Positions 27,589 to 37,160 of a DNA stretch of 64,000 nt are shown here, in pieces. The notes under the pieces are model-generated. The model was not told the origin of the DNA, searched no databases, and saw only the letters and a program-made list of their open reading frames with translations. This DNA is from an uncultured Candidatus Saccharibacteria bacterium. Lineage in GTDB: Bacteria; Patescibacteriota; Saccharimonadia; Saccharimonadales; CAYUUR01. Position 1 is the stretch's first letter; each line of letters starts with the position of its first letter. The position numbers were made by a program, and so were the translations under genes. The stretch spans positions 129,785-193,784 of the forward strand of contig CAYUUR010000001.1 in NCBI GenBank assembly GCA_964448075.1, read 5' to 3'.

Positions 27589-29769
27589 CTACTTTTGTTC
27601 TTTGTTTTCCATTGCCTCGCCAATAGCCGCTTCGGTACTTTTGGCTAGCGAACGGAACAGCTTCCGCATGCGCGGCACCGTCAACAAGCGTTTAATCTCA
27701 GAGTCAGACTCCTGGGCAACCAAGAGAATAATTGCGTCACGGAAGGATATGTCTTTTTTAGTATCTTCAGAGATCATGTTATTTTCGCGGGCGTTTACAA
27801 TATCTCTTACCCTTAAGTCAAATTCACTCTCAAGCTGACGTGAAGTATACCGGTCGTCAGGGCCAAAGCCTGATGCAAGCAGTCTATTCGCAATGCCGCC
27901 CACGACGGTACGAACAATCTGCTCTTCCTGCTCTGCTTTTGATTTAACTTTTGGTTCGGGTTTTTTAACCTCATCTGAGGTAACAGGAGTATGCTCAATC
28001 CGCTCATCGCGAATAACGTCATCACGAGCAATAACATCTGGGTCGCTCACAGCGACGTCTGTTTCAGAGACAACTGCAGACTCTTCTATAGGTTCAGCGA
28101 CCGGCGCTTCTGGGACGATCTCATCCTCAATTATTGAAGTTGGCATTTCTGGCTCTTCACCAGTATCGTACTCCACACCGACAATTGTCACACCACTAGA
28201 AAAGCTTCCATTGTCGACAATAATGCGTGTCGCAGGATTAAAGGCAATGAGTTCGCGCAACTGCGCCGTTTCGGTATCATCCATATCGAGGATTGTATCA
28301 ATCAACATTTCACCGAGATCGCCTAAGTTTTCACCATACAAGTGACCAAAGATGTCAGCAATATTATTCTCTACAAGATCGTTCAAGAGTGCATCGTTCT
28401 CCGTGAGGCTTATGAGCTTCTCGGCAACTTCACTGCGGAGCGCATCGAGTGAAACACTTGATTCAAGTCGGCCTGCGTCTTCTTTGTCAAAGTTCTCTTC
28501 GATACATTCCAGCATGCTATCAACGATCTCGAAGACAAAATGGAGCATTGAAGACTCGGGGATAGCCTCGAGCTCAGCAAAGTTTGGCATCGCTGAATAA
28601 ATCTTGCTGAGGAACGCATATAATTCCATCTGACTCGGCATGACTTCTGCAAACCGCGCAATCACAGCATCGTCGATTCCTTCATCTACGGTATCTAATG
28701 TAGTATCCGCAACTCCTTCTATAGCTTCGCTTTCATCTCTAGCGACATCCTCGCTAACTGATCTTGTCGCATCGGCAACTTCTTCTGTTGGTTTTGGAGT
28801 TTTCTCGAGAGAAACGAACGTAGTGTGCGTCGTGGCCTCCTCAACCTCAGTCATACTACCGAGTTCAATCAGCTCATGGGCGAATTGCTTAACGTCATCA
28901 TCACTCTCCGCACCAATCACAATGTCGTACTGTAATTCTGGGTTTACTTCATAAGCAGACGAAAGCCCACGCTTGTTGTTGTGTACAAACATTTGTTGTT
29001 GACGATAGGTCAGGTTGGTTAAAAATTCGCGTACGTTGCGCATGACGTCACGATCAAAGGCTGGAGCACGCTCTTCGCCCAGTACAGAAGTAAACATCCG
29101 CGTCCACAGTTCGTTCACGCTAATCTGCTCGCCGTCCATCAATTCCGTCATAACCGATAGTGCCGCAAATTTAGGTGCTGCATGACGTAAGCTTGACTCT
29201 TTTGTTGCCAACTTTATACGTCTGTTACCAATGTAAATAGCGGGCATTCCAGACTTCTCATCAATATCAAAGCCAATAGGGATTGTCCGTCGCTGTCTAT
29301 CAGTTTCGAGCGCCTCACTCTCGTCGTCCTCACCGATAAAACCAGTGACATCGATACTATTAGAGGATACTCCCATCGTGTTGGTCATATTACTAAGCGC
29401 GCGCACAACCAGCCGAGCAGCAACAAGGTTTGTCGAAGTTGGCACCTTTTTGTCTAGTTCGTGTAAACGCTGGTCAACATCAACTACTGAAAGGTTAAGC
29501 TCGAGCATACTGTTTCGTAATGCCTTCAGTTTGGACTCCTCATTGGCACGATCTGCAACCTTACTCAGAACGGTAAGTGCCTCATCTTCTGACACGGCTT
29601 CTAAAGTGCCGTCGGCTATAGCATAGGCAGCGGCAACTGCTGCCTGACCTTCAGGGGTATCATCGTAGTTTTCGGAAAACACAATTTCCGAAATTCTTAA
29701 TGCTCTTTCGATTGAGACAGCAGCAGCACCGAAATTTGCTGAGTGTTCGTGTGGATTAACATCATTCAT
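27589..29769 (-). CDS. Large acidic hypothetical protein (726 aa)
   Basis: Long ORF with no TM helix, no signal peptide and no motif I recognise. It contains long Asp/Glu-rich stretches. Confidence 0.55.
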   Translation of the reverse strand: MNDVNPHEHSANFGAAAVSIERALRISEIVFSENYDDTPEGQAAVAAAYAIADGTLEAVSEDEALTVLSKVADRANEESKLKALRNSMLELNLSVVDVDQRLHELDKKVPTSTNLVAARLVVRALSNMTNTMGVSSNSIDVTGFIGEDDESEALETDRQRRTIPIGFDIDEKSGMPAIYIGNRRIKLATKESSLRHAAPKFAALSVMTELMDGEQISVNELWTRMFTSVLGEERAPAFDRDVMRNVREFLTNLTYRQQQMFVHNNKRGLSSAYEVNPELQYDIVIGAESDDDVKQFAHELIELGSMTEVEEATTHTTFVSLEKTPKPTEEVADATRSVSEDVARDESEAIEGVADTTLDTVDEGIDDAVIARFAEVMPSQMELYAFLSKIYSAMPNFAELEAIPESSMLHFVFEIVDSMLECIEENFDKEDAGRLESSVSLDALRSEVAEKLISLTENDALLNDLVENNIADIFGHLYGENLGDLGEMLIDTILDMDDTETAQLRELIAFNPATRIIVDNGSFSSGVTIVGVEYDTGEEPEMPTSIIEDEIVPEAPVAEPIEESAVVSETDVAVSDPDVIARDDVIRDERIEHTPVTSDEVKKPEPKVKSKAEQEEQIVRTVVGGIANRLLASGFGPDDRYTSRQLESEFDLRVRDIVNARENNMISEDTKKDISFRDAIILLVAQESDSEIKRLLTVPRMRKLFRSLAKSTEAAIGEAMENKEQK

Positions 29770-29871
29770 ATGAGTCTCATTATACCAGTTTGTTGTTTAT
29801 TCCTCAAGTATATTTCTTGTCTACTGATACTGCTTGTGCAATTGTAAAACAACTGTGTAATACTGTTGCGC

Positions 29872-30717
29872 ATGAGTAAACCACCCGTAAAATTAGAGAA
29901 TTGTGCTGACGTCTATGACTACTACGAAAAGAAACGCCAACACCCCCGCGCCGCACGGCGTCGTCATTCGGTTCTGGCAAAACTGTTCAAGCCTACCATA
30001 CACACCCTCAACCCCGACCTTGATCAGCAAATTAAGGAGCTGCGAGAACGTGGCACCCAATTTGTAATTGCCGGCAATCACGTAAGCGATGTCGATCCGG
30101 TTATCATGGCCAGCCTGACGCGCCATTATCCACCCCTCTCACACCTAGAGGGCAATACCTTCATACCCAGTAAAAGCGTGTTGTTTAAACACCGTGTTGT
30201 TCGCTGGTTGATTGATGATCTCGGCGCAACGCCACAGTTCCGTACCAAAGATGTCGGCAGAAACGGAGAGCCACTGCCTAACAAGGTCAAGCAGTTACGT
30301 AATGCCGCTCGTGAAAGATCGTTCTCGATGGCACGCAACAAACTTGAACAGCAACGACAGAACATGGGAATCTATCCTGAGGGCGAACGTCAGGGCGATG
30401 AACGAGACAGAATTAGCCAGATCGGCTTTGGCCTCGGCAAGATGATCTGCCAGCTCGATCCTTCAGTTGAAATTGCGATTATTCCGATAGGCGTTCACTA
30501 CGGAAACGAAAGGAAACGACGCTTTGGAAGTATTCCACTGCTCAGAACAGTCGAACGAATTTGGCATGAACATGACCCAGATGTAACACTTGGCAACATC
30601 ATTCTTGGGCCGTTCGAGCAACCAGCTGATTTTGAACCTGTACTCCGAGCAGGTATGCAAGAAACGCTTGACTATTCGATCGAACAGCGTGCCCTACGGC
30701 TCGCAGAAGCCGCTTAA
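29872..30717 (+). CDS. Lysophospholipid (1-acylglycerol-3-phosphate) acyltransferase family protein
   Basis: NHVSDVD is the H-x4-D catalytic motif, and a later YPEGERQ motif is present. ATG 29872 is preferred over TTG 29866. Confidence 0.7.
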   Translation: MSKPPVKLENCADVYDYYEKKRQHPRAARRRHSVLAKLFKPTIHTLNPDLDQQIKELRERGTQFVIAGNHVSDVDPVIMASLTRHYPPLSHLEGNTFIPSKSVLFKHRVVRWLIDDLGATPQFRTKDVGRNGEPLPNKVKQLRNAARERSFSMARNKLEQQRQNMGIYPEGERQGDERDRISQIGFGLGKMICQLDPSVEIAIIPIGVHYGNERKRRFGSIPLLRTVERIWHEHDPDVTLGNIILGPFEQPADFEPVLRAGMQETLDYSIEQRALRLAEAA

Positions 30718-31575
30718 TTACTGACAATAATCACTGGTTTTGCCAGCAGCTTGGTCGCCGCCAGGTAGCGCCCGCACGATAGCCTCATCTTCTGGAGGAA
30801 GGTTATCTAGCCAGCATAAGCCATATGCTGCTTGACTCAATTCCATTTGATGTTTCGCTTCGTAACCTGGCTGCTTGCTTGCGGCGTTCTTTTGTCTCAG
30901 ATCATACAAGCCAAAATCAAAGCCAACGTTTTTTGTGTTTTTGAAGCCCACAGCCGTTGCAATTTTGTCGCCAGATTTTACTGGATAGTTTTGCGTGAAG
31001 GTTGTTGTCTGCGACTGGTTCTCTTTTGGTGCGGGAAGCGAGTCGGCAATTTTCTGCATTTCTGGGGAAAGAACGAGCAAGTGATCAAGCCGATAGATTA
31101 CGCCGCAATCATTGGTAAACTCAAACAGATGTTGCACCTCGCCCATCTCAATATAACGCGAACCAGCAGTGACTTTAGCGTCCATAGGCGCAGTAACGGT
31201 AACATTGTTGCTTGCACTGCTCAGACGAAAACCACCATGTGGCTTATACCCCGTACTGCGTTGCTGGCCTGGATACAGTATGGACTCTACTTTGTTGACA
31301 TCCACTGGTGACGATACAACAAGCGGGTCCGGACACGCCGGCACGCTGCCAGAAGACTTCCATTCCGATCCTGTCCATGACCATCCAACCGCGCCATCAG
31401 GCTGCTCGCCGCTCTGCTGCTGCCCGTTTCTTTCCGAGCTTGAAGTTGTCTTCTTATCAGATCCTTCTTGTCGCTTCATAACTAACCAGCCAGAGGCAAC
31501 AATCAGCCCAAGAACGACAATTACAATTACTACAAATGATAGATGGAACCCTTTTTGATTTTCTTTGATGCGCAT
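30718..31575 (-). CDS. Secreted/anchored hypothetical protein
   Basis: The start is set at MRIKENQ. It has an N-terminal TM anchor, a Ser/Gln-rich linker, and a Cys-containing C-terminal domain. Confidence 0.5.
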   Translation of the reverse strand: MRIKENQKGFHLSFVVIVIVVLGLIVASGWLVMKRQEGSDKKTTSSSERNGQQQSGEQPDGAVGWSWTGSEWKSSGSVPACPDPLVVSSPVDVNKVESILYPGQQRSTGYKPHGGFRLSSASNNVTVTAPMDAKVTAGSRYIEMGEVQHLFEFTNDCGVIYRLDHLLVLSPEMQKIADSLPAPKENQSQTTTFTQNYPVKSGDKIATAVGFKNTKNVGFDFGLYDLRQKNAASKQPGYEAKHQMELSQAAYGLCWLDNLPPEDEAIVRALPGGDQAAGKTSDYCQ

Positions 31576-31687
31576 AGCATATAGTATCCTGCTTATGCTT
31601 TCTAGCATACAACACTACTCACAGGCGCCAAATATATTTGAACAAGTCGGTATTGCTTTTTATGTATTTTTGTGCTATTATATGTTG

Positions 31688-32197
31688 ATGAGTACACCAG
31701 AGTTTAGATCCCTTGGAGAAATACAAGTTCAGCCAGAAGGCCAAAACCTTGTTCCCGTCGCAGTTCACCCTGTTACAGAACTAGGTATTGTTCATGACGA
31801 AGATGGTAATTCAATGCATCAAGTTACTTTTGACAGAATGGTGCGAGTCGAGGAACGCTTCCTGCACGAACGCACATGGTACAGACAATATGCATACGTA
31901 CCGCAATCAGAAACTATCGTTACAGATAACTCACTTACTGCTCGCTATATGTTAGTTGGCGACGTTGTAGTAGAACGCAAAGCTCGCGGCTCTGCACTCA
32001 TTGACGGCATGGTTGAGTTATCCGAAGAGCTAGAAGACGCACTTGATGATTCCGATATTGAAGCACGCGCGATTGCCATAAAAGCAGCGCTTGGCCATAT
32101 TCAGCGTTCAGTAATAGAGAGCTATCGCCCAATCGTTGACAAACATGGTCATTTTACGGTTAATCCAAAACCCGTCCTCGTTGGTAAAACCAACTAG
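31688..32197 (+). CDS. Hypothetical protein, 169 aa, paralog A of 45366..45875
   Basis: ATG 31688 lies 6 nt after TGcTATTAT. The protein is about 70% identical by eye to the protein encoded at 45366. Confidence 0.6.
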   Translation: MSTPEFRSLGEIQVQPEGQNLVPVAVHPVTELGIVHDEDGNSMHQVTFDRMVRVEERFLHERTWYRQYAYVPQSETIVTDNSLTARYMLVGDVVVERKARGSALIDGMVELSEELEDALDDSDIEARAIAIKAALGHIQRSVIESYRPIVDKHGHFTVNPKPVLVGKTN

Positions 32198-32354
32198 TCT
32201 CTGATACATACTATCAACCCCGCGACGTACCCTTTGTAATTTGCTTTAAGCTCATGGAACAGCTAAAGCTATTTGCGCGAACTACATACGCTCATGCAAT
32301 TATTTGATGAGCTACAATATAACCTCAAACCGAGTGATCGGCTCTAAATGCCAA

Positions 32355-33566
32355 CTATGGACGTAAGATACGATTTTGGAGCGTATCTTCGACTTGGTCG
32401 AGTGATTCGACTAAATCTCCGGATACTTGACCTTCAACATCAAGAGCTAGGTAACCGAGCGGACCGTTCGTCTCGAGGCTTTGCCTGACTACATTGTGAC
32501 CAACGTCCGCAATAACATCATTAATGTGTGCCATTACCGTTGGTACGTTATGGTGCACACTTGTAATGCGTGCATCGCCCTTAATTGTGTCGAGTGCAAG
32601 CTCGGGGAGATTAACAGCACCGACGGTACTACCAAGTCTTACAAAGTTTGCTAACCTGCCAGCCACGGTTTTGCCAATTTGATACTGTGCCTCAACTGTT
32701 GACCCTGCAATGTGAGGAGTCAATATTGCGTTCGGATACATCTGTAGAATGTGCGAGAAATCATCACCTCGTTTAGAAGGCTCTTCAGCAAAAACGTCAG
32801 CAGCAACGCCTCCAAGTTTGCCATTTTCAAGCGCCATCGCAACTTCGTAGTAGTCAACAACATCACCTCGTGCCGCATTAATCAAAAAAGCACCTTGCTT
32901 CATCGCTCCTATTGCATTTTTATCAATCAAATTATGCGTTTTGTCACCGCCAGGTACATGCAGCGTCACGACATCAGAGGCATGTAATAACAAGTCGAGA
33001 CGAGGCACGTACTCAGCAATCTCGTCTTGTGCTGCGGGAAACATGTCGTAATAACTTACTTTCATCCCTACTGCTTTTGCCAAACGAGCAACCTCACGAC
33101 CAATGGCCCCGTAACCAACCACGCCGAGTGTTTTGCCATTGACTTCATAACTTCTCTCGTCAGTCTTTGTCCAGTACCCATCATGCATGCTCTCATTATG
33201 TTCTGCTGTTCTTCTGAGCAAGGCAAAAACACTTCCGATTACATGCTCTGCTACAGCAGTCGTGTTTTCGCCCGCGGCATTAAACACCGGAATGCCGTAC
33301 TCGGCTGCATATTCAGAATCAACATGGTTGGTGCCAGCACAAAAACAACCAATCGCTTCGAGTGAGTGGTTAGCGCCGGCTTCTATGACAGACCTTTCAA
33401 GTGCCGGCCCAGACCGAACGCCGAGCGCCGTTGCCCGCGTTGCTAGTTCTGCCAGTTCTGCTTGACTACTGCTTTTTTCGAACGTGTGCACCGTAAACTT
33501 TGCTTCTTCGAGAAGCTGATGAGCGCTCGGGTTAATGCCCTCGAGCAGATAAGCCTGGTTTGTCAT
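32355..33566 (-). CDS. serA: D-3-phosphoglycerate dehydrogenase (2-hydroxyacid dehydrogenase with C-terminal ACT-like domain)
   Basis: GVVGYGAIGREVA NAD fold, RGD..D and HIAGST catalytic motifs, and a roughly 80-aa C-terminal regulatory-like domain. Confidence 0.8.
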   Translation of the reverse strand: MTNQAYLLEGINPSAHQLLEEAKFTVHTFEKSSSQAELAELATRATALGVRSGPALERSVIEAGANHSLEAIGCFCAGTNHVDSEYAAEYGIPVFNAAGENTTAVAEHVIGSVFALLRRTAEHNESMHDGYWTKTDERSYEVNGKTLGVVGYGAIGREVARLAKAVGMKVSYYDMFPAAQDEIAEYVPRLDLLLHASDVVTLHVPGGDKTHNLIDKNAIGAMKQGAFLINAARGDVVDYYEVAMALENGKLGGVAADVFAEEPSKRGDDFSHILQMYPNAILTPHIAGSTVEAQYQIGKTVAGRLANFVRLGSTVGAVNLPELALDTIKGDARITSVHHNVPTVMAHINDVIADVGHNVVRQSLETNGPLGYLALDVEGQVSGDLVESLDQVEDTLQNRILRP

Positions 33567-33567
33567 A

Positions 33568-33611
33568 AAAACTCCTATTCTGTCACTTATTTTACACGAG
33601 TAACAGAATAG
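33568..33611 (-). promoter_or_regulatory. Leader hairpin plus U-tract abutting the serA start
   Basis: Minus-strand RNA CUAUUCUGUUACU-N11-AGUGACAGAAUAG forms 13 bp including one G-U. It is followed by GAGUUUUU and then AUG. The 3' arm overlaps the AGGAG Shine-Dalgarno. Confidence 0.4.
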
Positions 33612-33640
33612 TTCTTGTTGTCTTTTTTACCGTCAATTAC

Positions 33641-33838
33641 CTAGGCACCGAGGAGGCCAAGCGCGTAGTACAGGACATAGGCTGGCCAGACACAGGCTTG
33701 AAAGAAGGCTACGACAACTTCCCAGAAGCCATTTGCTTGGTTAACAAAGTACACAAGCGCGCCGATCCACGCCATAAATAGCACAAAACCCATTGGTCCG
33801 TGATCGTTAATGACTTTGGTGGTTTTTTGCTTTGACAT
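33641..33838 (-). CDS. Small two-TM membrane protein
   Basis: 65-aa ORF with two hydrophobic helices. Confidence 0.4.
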   Translation of the reverse strand: MSKQKTTKVINDHGPMGFVLFMAWIGALVYFVNQANGFWEVVVAFFQACVWPAYVLYYALGLLGA

Positions 33839-33954
33839 AGCTTTTCTCCTGCTTAGTTTCTCTGGTTTCTAGTATACGCCTGCTTGCAAATACACAAACT
33901 GTTCTCAATGCATATCACTATTGCACAATCCGATTTCCAGACTACAATAGGCTC

Positions 33955-34581
33955 ATGACAGAGGTACTGTTTGCAACCAACAATCCTGGCAAGCTAGCCG
34001 ATGCCCGGCGATTTGCTCGTGAGCATGACTACAGACTACTCACTCCGCACGATCTCGATATCGCGATTGAAGCGCTGGAGGATGGCACTACGTTCACAGA
34101 GAACGCCGACAAAAAATACTATGGCTTTATGGAACACGTTACTAACCCAAATATGTGGATTATGGCCGACGATAGCGGAATAGAAATTCCAGCCCTTGAC
34201 AATAAACCCGGCGTTTATAGCCGTCGCTGGGCGGGACACGAGATGACTGATCAAGAGATTGTTGACTATTGCCTTTCCCAGCTAGAAGGCGTCGAGGACC
34301 GTCGTGCCAGATTCACGGGTATTCTTGCCGTTGGCAGACCTCGGACTAAGCCCTATCATATATCTTTTGGAATTGAGGGTGAATTACTTAAAGAACCATC
34401 TCATGATGCTGCCGACATGCCAGGCTTCCCGTATCGCTCACTCTTTTATCTGCCGCAGTATGAGAAAATGCTATACGAAATTCACGACATTCCCTACGCA
34501 GATAGGCCTGGCATACTAACCCACCGTGAACAAGGTCTTAAAGATGCCTTCGACTACATTGCAGAGCACGAAGAAGACTAA
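33955..34581 (+). CDS. rdgB: Non-canonical purine NTP pyrophosphatase (HAM1/RdgB family)
   Basis: FATNNPGK N-terminal motif with later DDSG and E.HG-type segments. ATG lies 6 nt after TACAAT. Confidence 0.75.
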   Translation: MTEVLFATNNPGKLADARRFAREHDYRLLTPHDLDIAIEALEDGTTFTENADKKYYGFMEHVTNPNMWIMADDSGIEIPALDNKPGVYSRRWAGHEMTDQEIVDYCLSQLEGVEDRRARFTGILAVGRPRTKPYHISFGIEGELLKEPSHDAADMPGFPYRSLFYLPQYEKMLYEIHDIPYADRPGILTHREQGLKDAFDYIAEHEED

Positions 34582-34665
34582 AATCATAACAACTATGTGG
34601 AATTTTTCACAGTCAGGATCTTAACCTTTTTGTACACTGGAGTCACCAGTAAATAAGGAGGGGTT

Positions 34666-34773
34666 ATGAGTCAAAAGCTTCAACAAAAAATCGACACATT
34701 TATGTTGCGCAAGCAGCGCGAATATCCAGACCTTAATAAACCGGTAGATGAACTAATCAATAATTGGAGATAA
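34666..34773 (+). CDS. Small ORF (35 aa), not in the supplied ORF track
   Basis: AAGGAGG lies 5 nt upstream of ATG 34666. The product is [35 protein letters not shown]. Its stop is 1 nt before the ATG of the next gene. Confidence 0.4.
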   Translation: MSQKLQQKIDTFMLRKQREYPDLNKPVDELINNWR

Positions 34774-34774
34774 T

Positions 34775-35041
34775 ATGATAGATGTACTCATGTGGATAAT
34801 ATTTGGTGCGATTGTTGGCTGGATTGCTTCAATCATCATGAAGACAGACGCACAGCAAGGTGCGCTCGCAAATATAATTGTCGGCATACTCGGCGCCGTT
34901 GTCGGTGGTTTCTTATGGAAAGCGCTGACGGGCGACAGTGCCGATAGTCTGGTCGGCCAGTTATTAGTCGCACTAGTTGGTGCACTGATTGTCATAGGCT
35001 TATGGAAAGTGTTGAGTGGCCGTGGAGCCAGAAGCTTGTAG
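34775..35041 (+). CDS. GlsB/YeaQ/YmgE family stress-response membrane protein
   Basis: [16 protein letters not shown]...[16 protein letters not shown] is the typical transglycosylase-associated family pattern. Confidence 0.8.
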   Translation: MIDVLMWIIFGAIVGWIASIIMKTDAQQGALANIIVGILGAVVGGFLWKALTGDSADSLVGQLLVALVGALIVIGLWKVLSGRGARSL

Positions 35042-35044
35042 CTA

Positions 35045-35344
35045 CTAGAAGCCTTGAGCGTGACGTTCGGCAAGACGTTCTTGAAAACGTACGATTTCAC
35101 GAGTAAGGTCAATGTCATAGTGATTGGCGAGTGTCATAATGGCGATGATGAGGTCTGCCATCTCTGACCCTAGGTCTACTTTGACATCCTTGCGCGCTTT
35201 AGCACCGTTTGTCTTGCGGATAGCCTCAGCAACCTCACCAAGCTCTTCCATCATATAGAGTAGTTGTAGTTCAACGGAAGGCATTTCCTTTGAGTGCTGT
35301 TCCCAGTCATGTGCCACCCAATTTTGCAGTTGTTGTAGTGTCAT
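35045..35344 (-). CDS. MazG-like nucleotide pyrophosphohydrolase domain protein
   Basis: EELGEVAEAIRK and EMADLIIAIMTLAN form the E-x-x-E/D helix pairs of the all-alpha NTP-PPase fold. AAAGGAGA precedes ATG 35344. Confidence 0.7.
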   Translation of the reverse strand: MTLQQLQNWVAHDWEQHSKEMPSVELQLLYMMEELGEVAEAIRKTNGAKARKDVKVDLGSEMADLIIAIMTLANHYDIDLTREIVRFQERLAERHAQGF

Positions 35345-35361
35345 CGTGAATTCTCCTTTCA

Positions 35362-35391
35362 ATAAAAAAGCACGAACTTATTAAAGCTCGT
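35362..35391 (-). terminator. Intrinsic terminator after the 305-aa orphan gene
   Basis: 8-bp stem (ACGAACTT/AAGCTCGT, one G-U on the minus strand) with a 4-nt loop, followed on the minus strand by CUUUUUUAUU. Confidence 0.45.
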
Positions 35392-35467
35392 ACATTTTAC
35401 CAAGAACCCAACCATCCATCCATAACACTTGAATTGTACAGCGATTATATCATGGCGTTCTGCGCGA

Positions 35468-36385
35468 TTAAAGCAGAGGCACGTTTTTTTTGATGACGGC
35501 ATCGGTGAGATTCTCTATCATGTCATTGACTATCTGTTTGCCGGGCTGTCGACTTCTGAACTGTGCTTTTTCAAAGATGAGCTGGCGCTCTAGCGCTTGA
35601 TCATCACGCTCGTGTTTTTGTCGAAGAAACGATGTAAATGCTCCAAAGACATCCCTCATTACGACTTCGGCATCGCCTGATGCCATATCAACCAGTTCAA
35701 CTTTAAGTACTGGGTCAAGTTTATTTACCACTTCATCCTTGGCTCCTCTTAAATACGTTTGCTGTTCAGAAGTATAGACACTGGTATTCCCATTTACGTT
35801 TACATAGTCGTAGTCGTACTTTAAGTGCGTCTCTTCCTGGGAGCGGCGATCGATAGCGGAGACTAACGACTGTATAGTCGGGAGGCGCCAGCAAAAAGCA
35901 GCGATTCTACGTTCAAAATTATCGGCATGTAATCCTCTTGCTATTGAGTTATCGAACTCAATAATGTCTTTAGCGACACCAAGAACATCTTTTTCATCGG
36001 TTGACAGAAGCGTATGTTCACCTAGGTCCTCGATGACTGCCAAGATGGTTTGGCCGTATACTGTTTCCGCCCAAGCCGGACGCACCAGCGGCGTCGTGTC
36101 GCTATATTCAAACACAAACAACCCTTCATTCTCTGGGTCATTGATGGAGCAGACAACATGCGTCCGATCGCGCTGCTGCTGGCCATACTCGTCAGTCAGG
36201 TCTGTAACCCGGTGACTGCCAATCTTGAGCTCAGAACCTTTAGGTGAGCGAACGGTATATTCACGCGTTACCGTGCGTGGCTCACCATTGAGAGTAGCCT
36301 CAGCAAGGACAGTTAACGTGTGTAGGTCAATTTGGCTGGCTGGTTCGCCGTTTAGATAAATGGGTTCTTGTTCGTGCGATGACAT
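35468..36385 (-). CDS. Hypothetical protein (305 aa)
   Basis: Long ORF encoding a soluble protein with no recognisable motif. Confidence 0.5.
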   Translation of the reverse strand: MSSHEQEPIYLNGEPASQIDLHTLTVLAEATLNGEPRTVTREYTVRSPKGSELKIGSHRVTDLTDEYGQQQRDRTHVVCSINDPENEGLFVFEYSDTTPLVRPAWAETVYGQTILAVIEDLGEHTLLSTDEKDVLGVAKDIIEFDNSIARGLHADNFERRIAAFCWRLPTIQSLVSAIDRRSQEETHLKYDYDYVNVNGNTSVYTSEQQTYLRGAKDEVVNKLDPVLKVELVDMASGDAEVVMRDVFGAFTSFLRQKHERDDQALERQLIFEKAQFRSRQPGKQIVNDMIENLTDAVIKKNVPLL

Positions 36386-36447
36386 AGAATAATCAGATTA
36401 TTTCACACTGTTGTGTATTTTGCTATTACGTTATGTATGCGTGCTTT

Positions 36448-36699
36448 CTATTGGCTGGCGATGGTATCTGCATTAATGCCATTCGTAACATGCATAAAAC
36501 CAAGCTGCTGGAATACTGGTATCGCTGCCTGTGCTCGACGACCACTCACACAGTACACGACGATTTCAGTGTTGCGATCAAGCCCGCTCAACGTTGCAGC
36601 TGCCTCTGATAAGTCACTCATAGGAATATTGAGCGCACCAGTTACATGTCCCTCGCGATATTCGTCAGGCTCACGTACGTCTACAAAAACTCTGTTCAT
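36448..36699 (-). CDS. Single-domain rhodanese-like sulfurtransferase
   Basis: VVYCVSGRRAQ active-site loop (C-x-x-G-x-R) and EYREGHV upstream motif. Confidence 0.8.
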   Translation of the reverse strand: MNRVFVDVREPDEYREGHVTGALNIPMSDLSEAAATLSGLDRNTEIVVYCVSGRRAQAAIPVFQQLGFMHVTNGINADTIASQ

Positions 36700-36722
36700 T
36701 CGTCTATTTTACCGCCAATAAC

Positions 36723-37130
36723 CTAATCAAGTCTACGCAGAATTGTAAAGCCTAGGCACACCAGCATTAATCGTTCACGTGAGGTACATATTAATCGTTC
36801 ACGGCGAGCATACGTCTGGACATCAACCTCACCGAAAGCATGCTCGCCACCATAGACTGGCGTCGCTCGCACCACAGGCAAATCAACCGCATGTTGCTTG
36901 TCTCTTATGAACCGTGGCGAAAGCACGTACATTGGAAATCCTGTAGGTAGGGCGGCTGGTTCTACCGACAACGCAAGCATTTGGTACGGATCTTGGTTTT
37001 CTCTGAGGTCAACAGGCAGCGCTATGGCTGCAAATCTATGGAACATTCGCGTTGTTTCCGCCAAACGCATGCGTTCAGCCTGATCCATAAAGTCAGGCGG
37101 TCCACTCAACGACAACTCCTGCGCAACCAT
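36723..37130 (-). CDS. Hypothetical protein (135 aa)
   Basis: ORF in a co-directional cluster with no recognisable motif. Confidence 0.45.
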   Translation of the reverse strand: MVAQELSLSGPPDFMDQAERMRLAETTRMFHRFAAIALPVDLRENQDPYQMLALSVEPAALPTGFPMYVLSPRFIRDKQHAVDLPVVRATPVYGGEHAFGEVDVQTYARRERLICTSRERLMLVCLGFTILRRLD

Positions 37131-37160
37131 ACGTTATATTATACGCCGAACAACAAGTAG

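Noticed and set aside
27813-28954. A nest of plus- and minus-strand ORFs of 74-150 aa (Ser/Thr-rich) inside the 726-aa orphan gene.
   Set aside because: All are alternative-frame or antisense readings of a long Asp/Glu-rich gene. None has its own start context. The same applies to antisense ORFs within pheT, the ABC transporter genes, typA and others.
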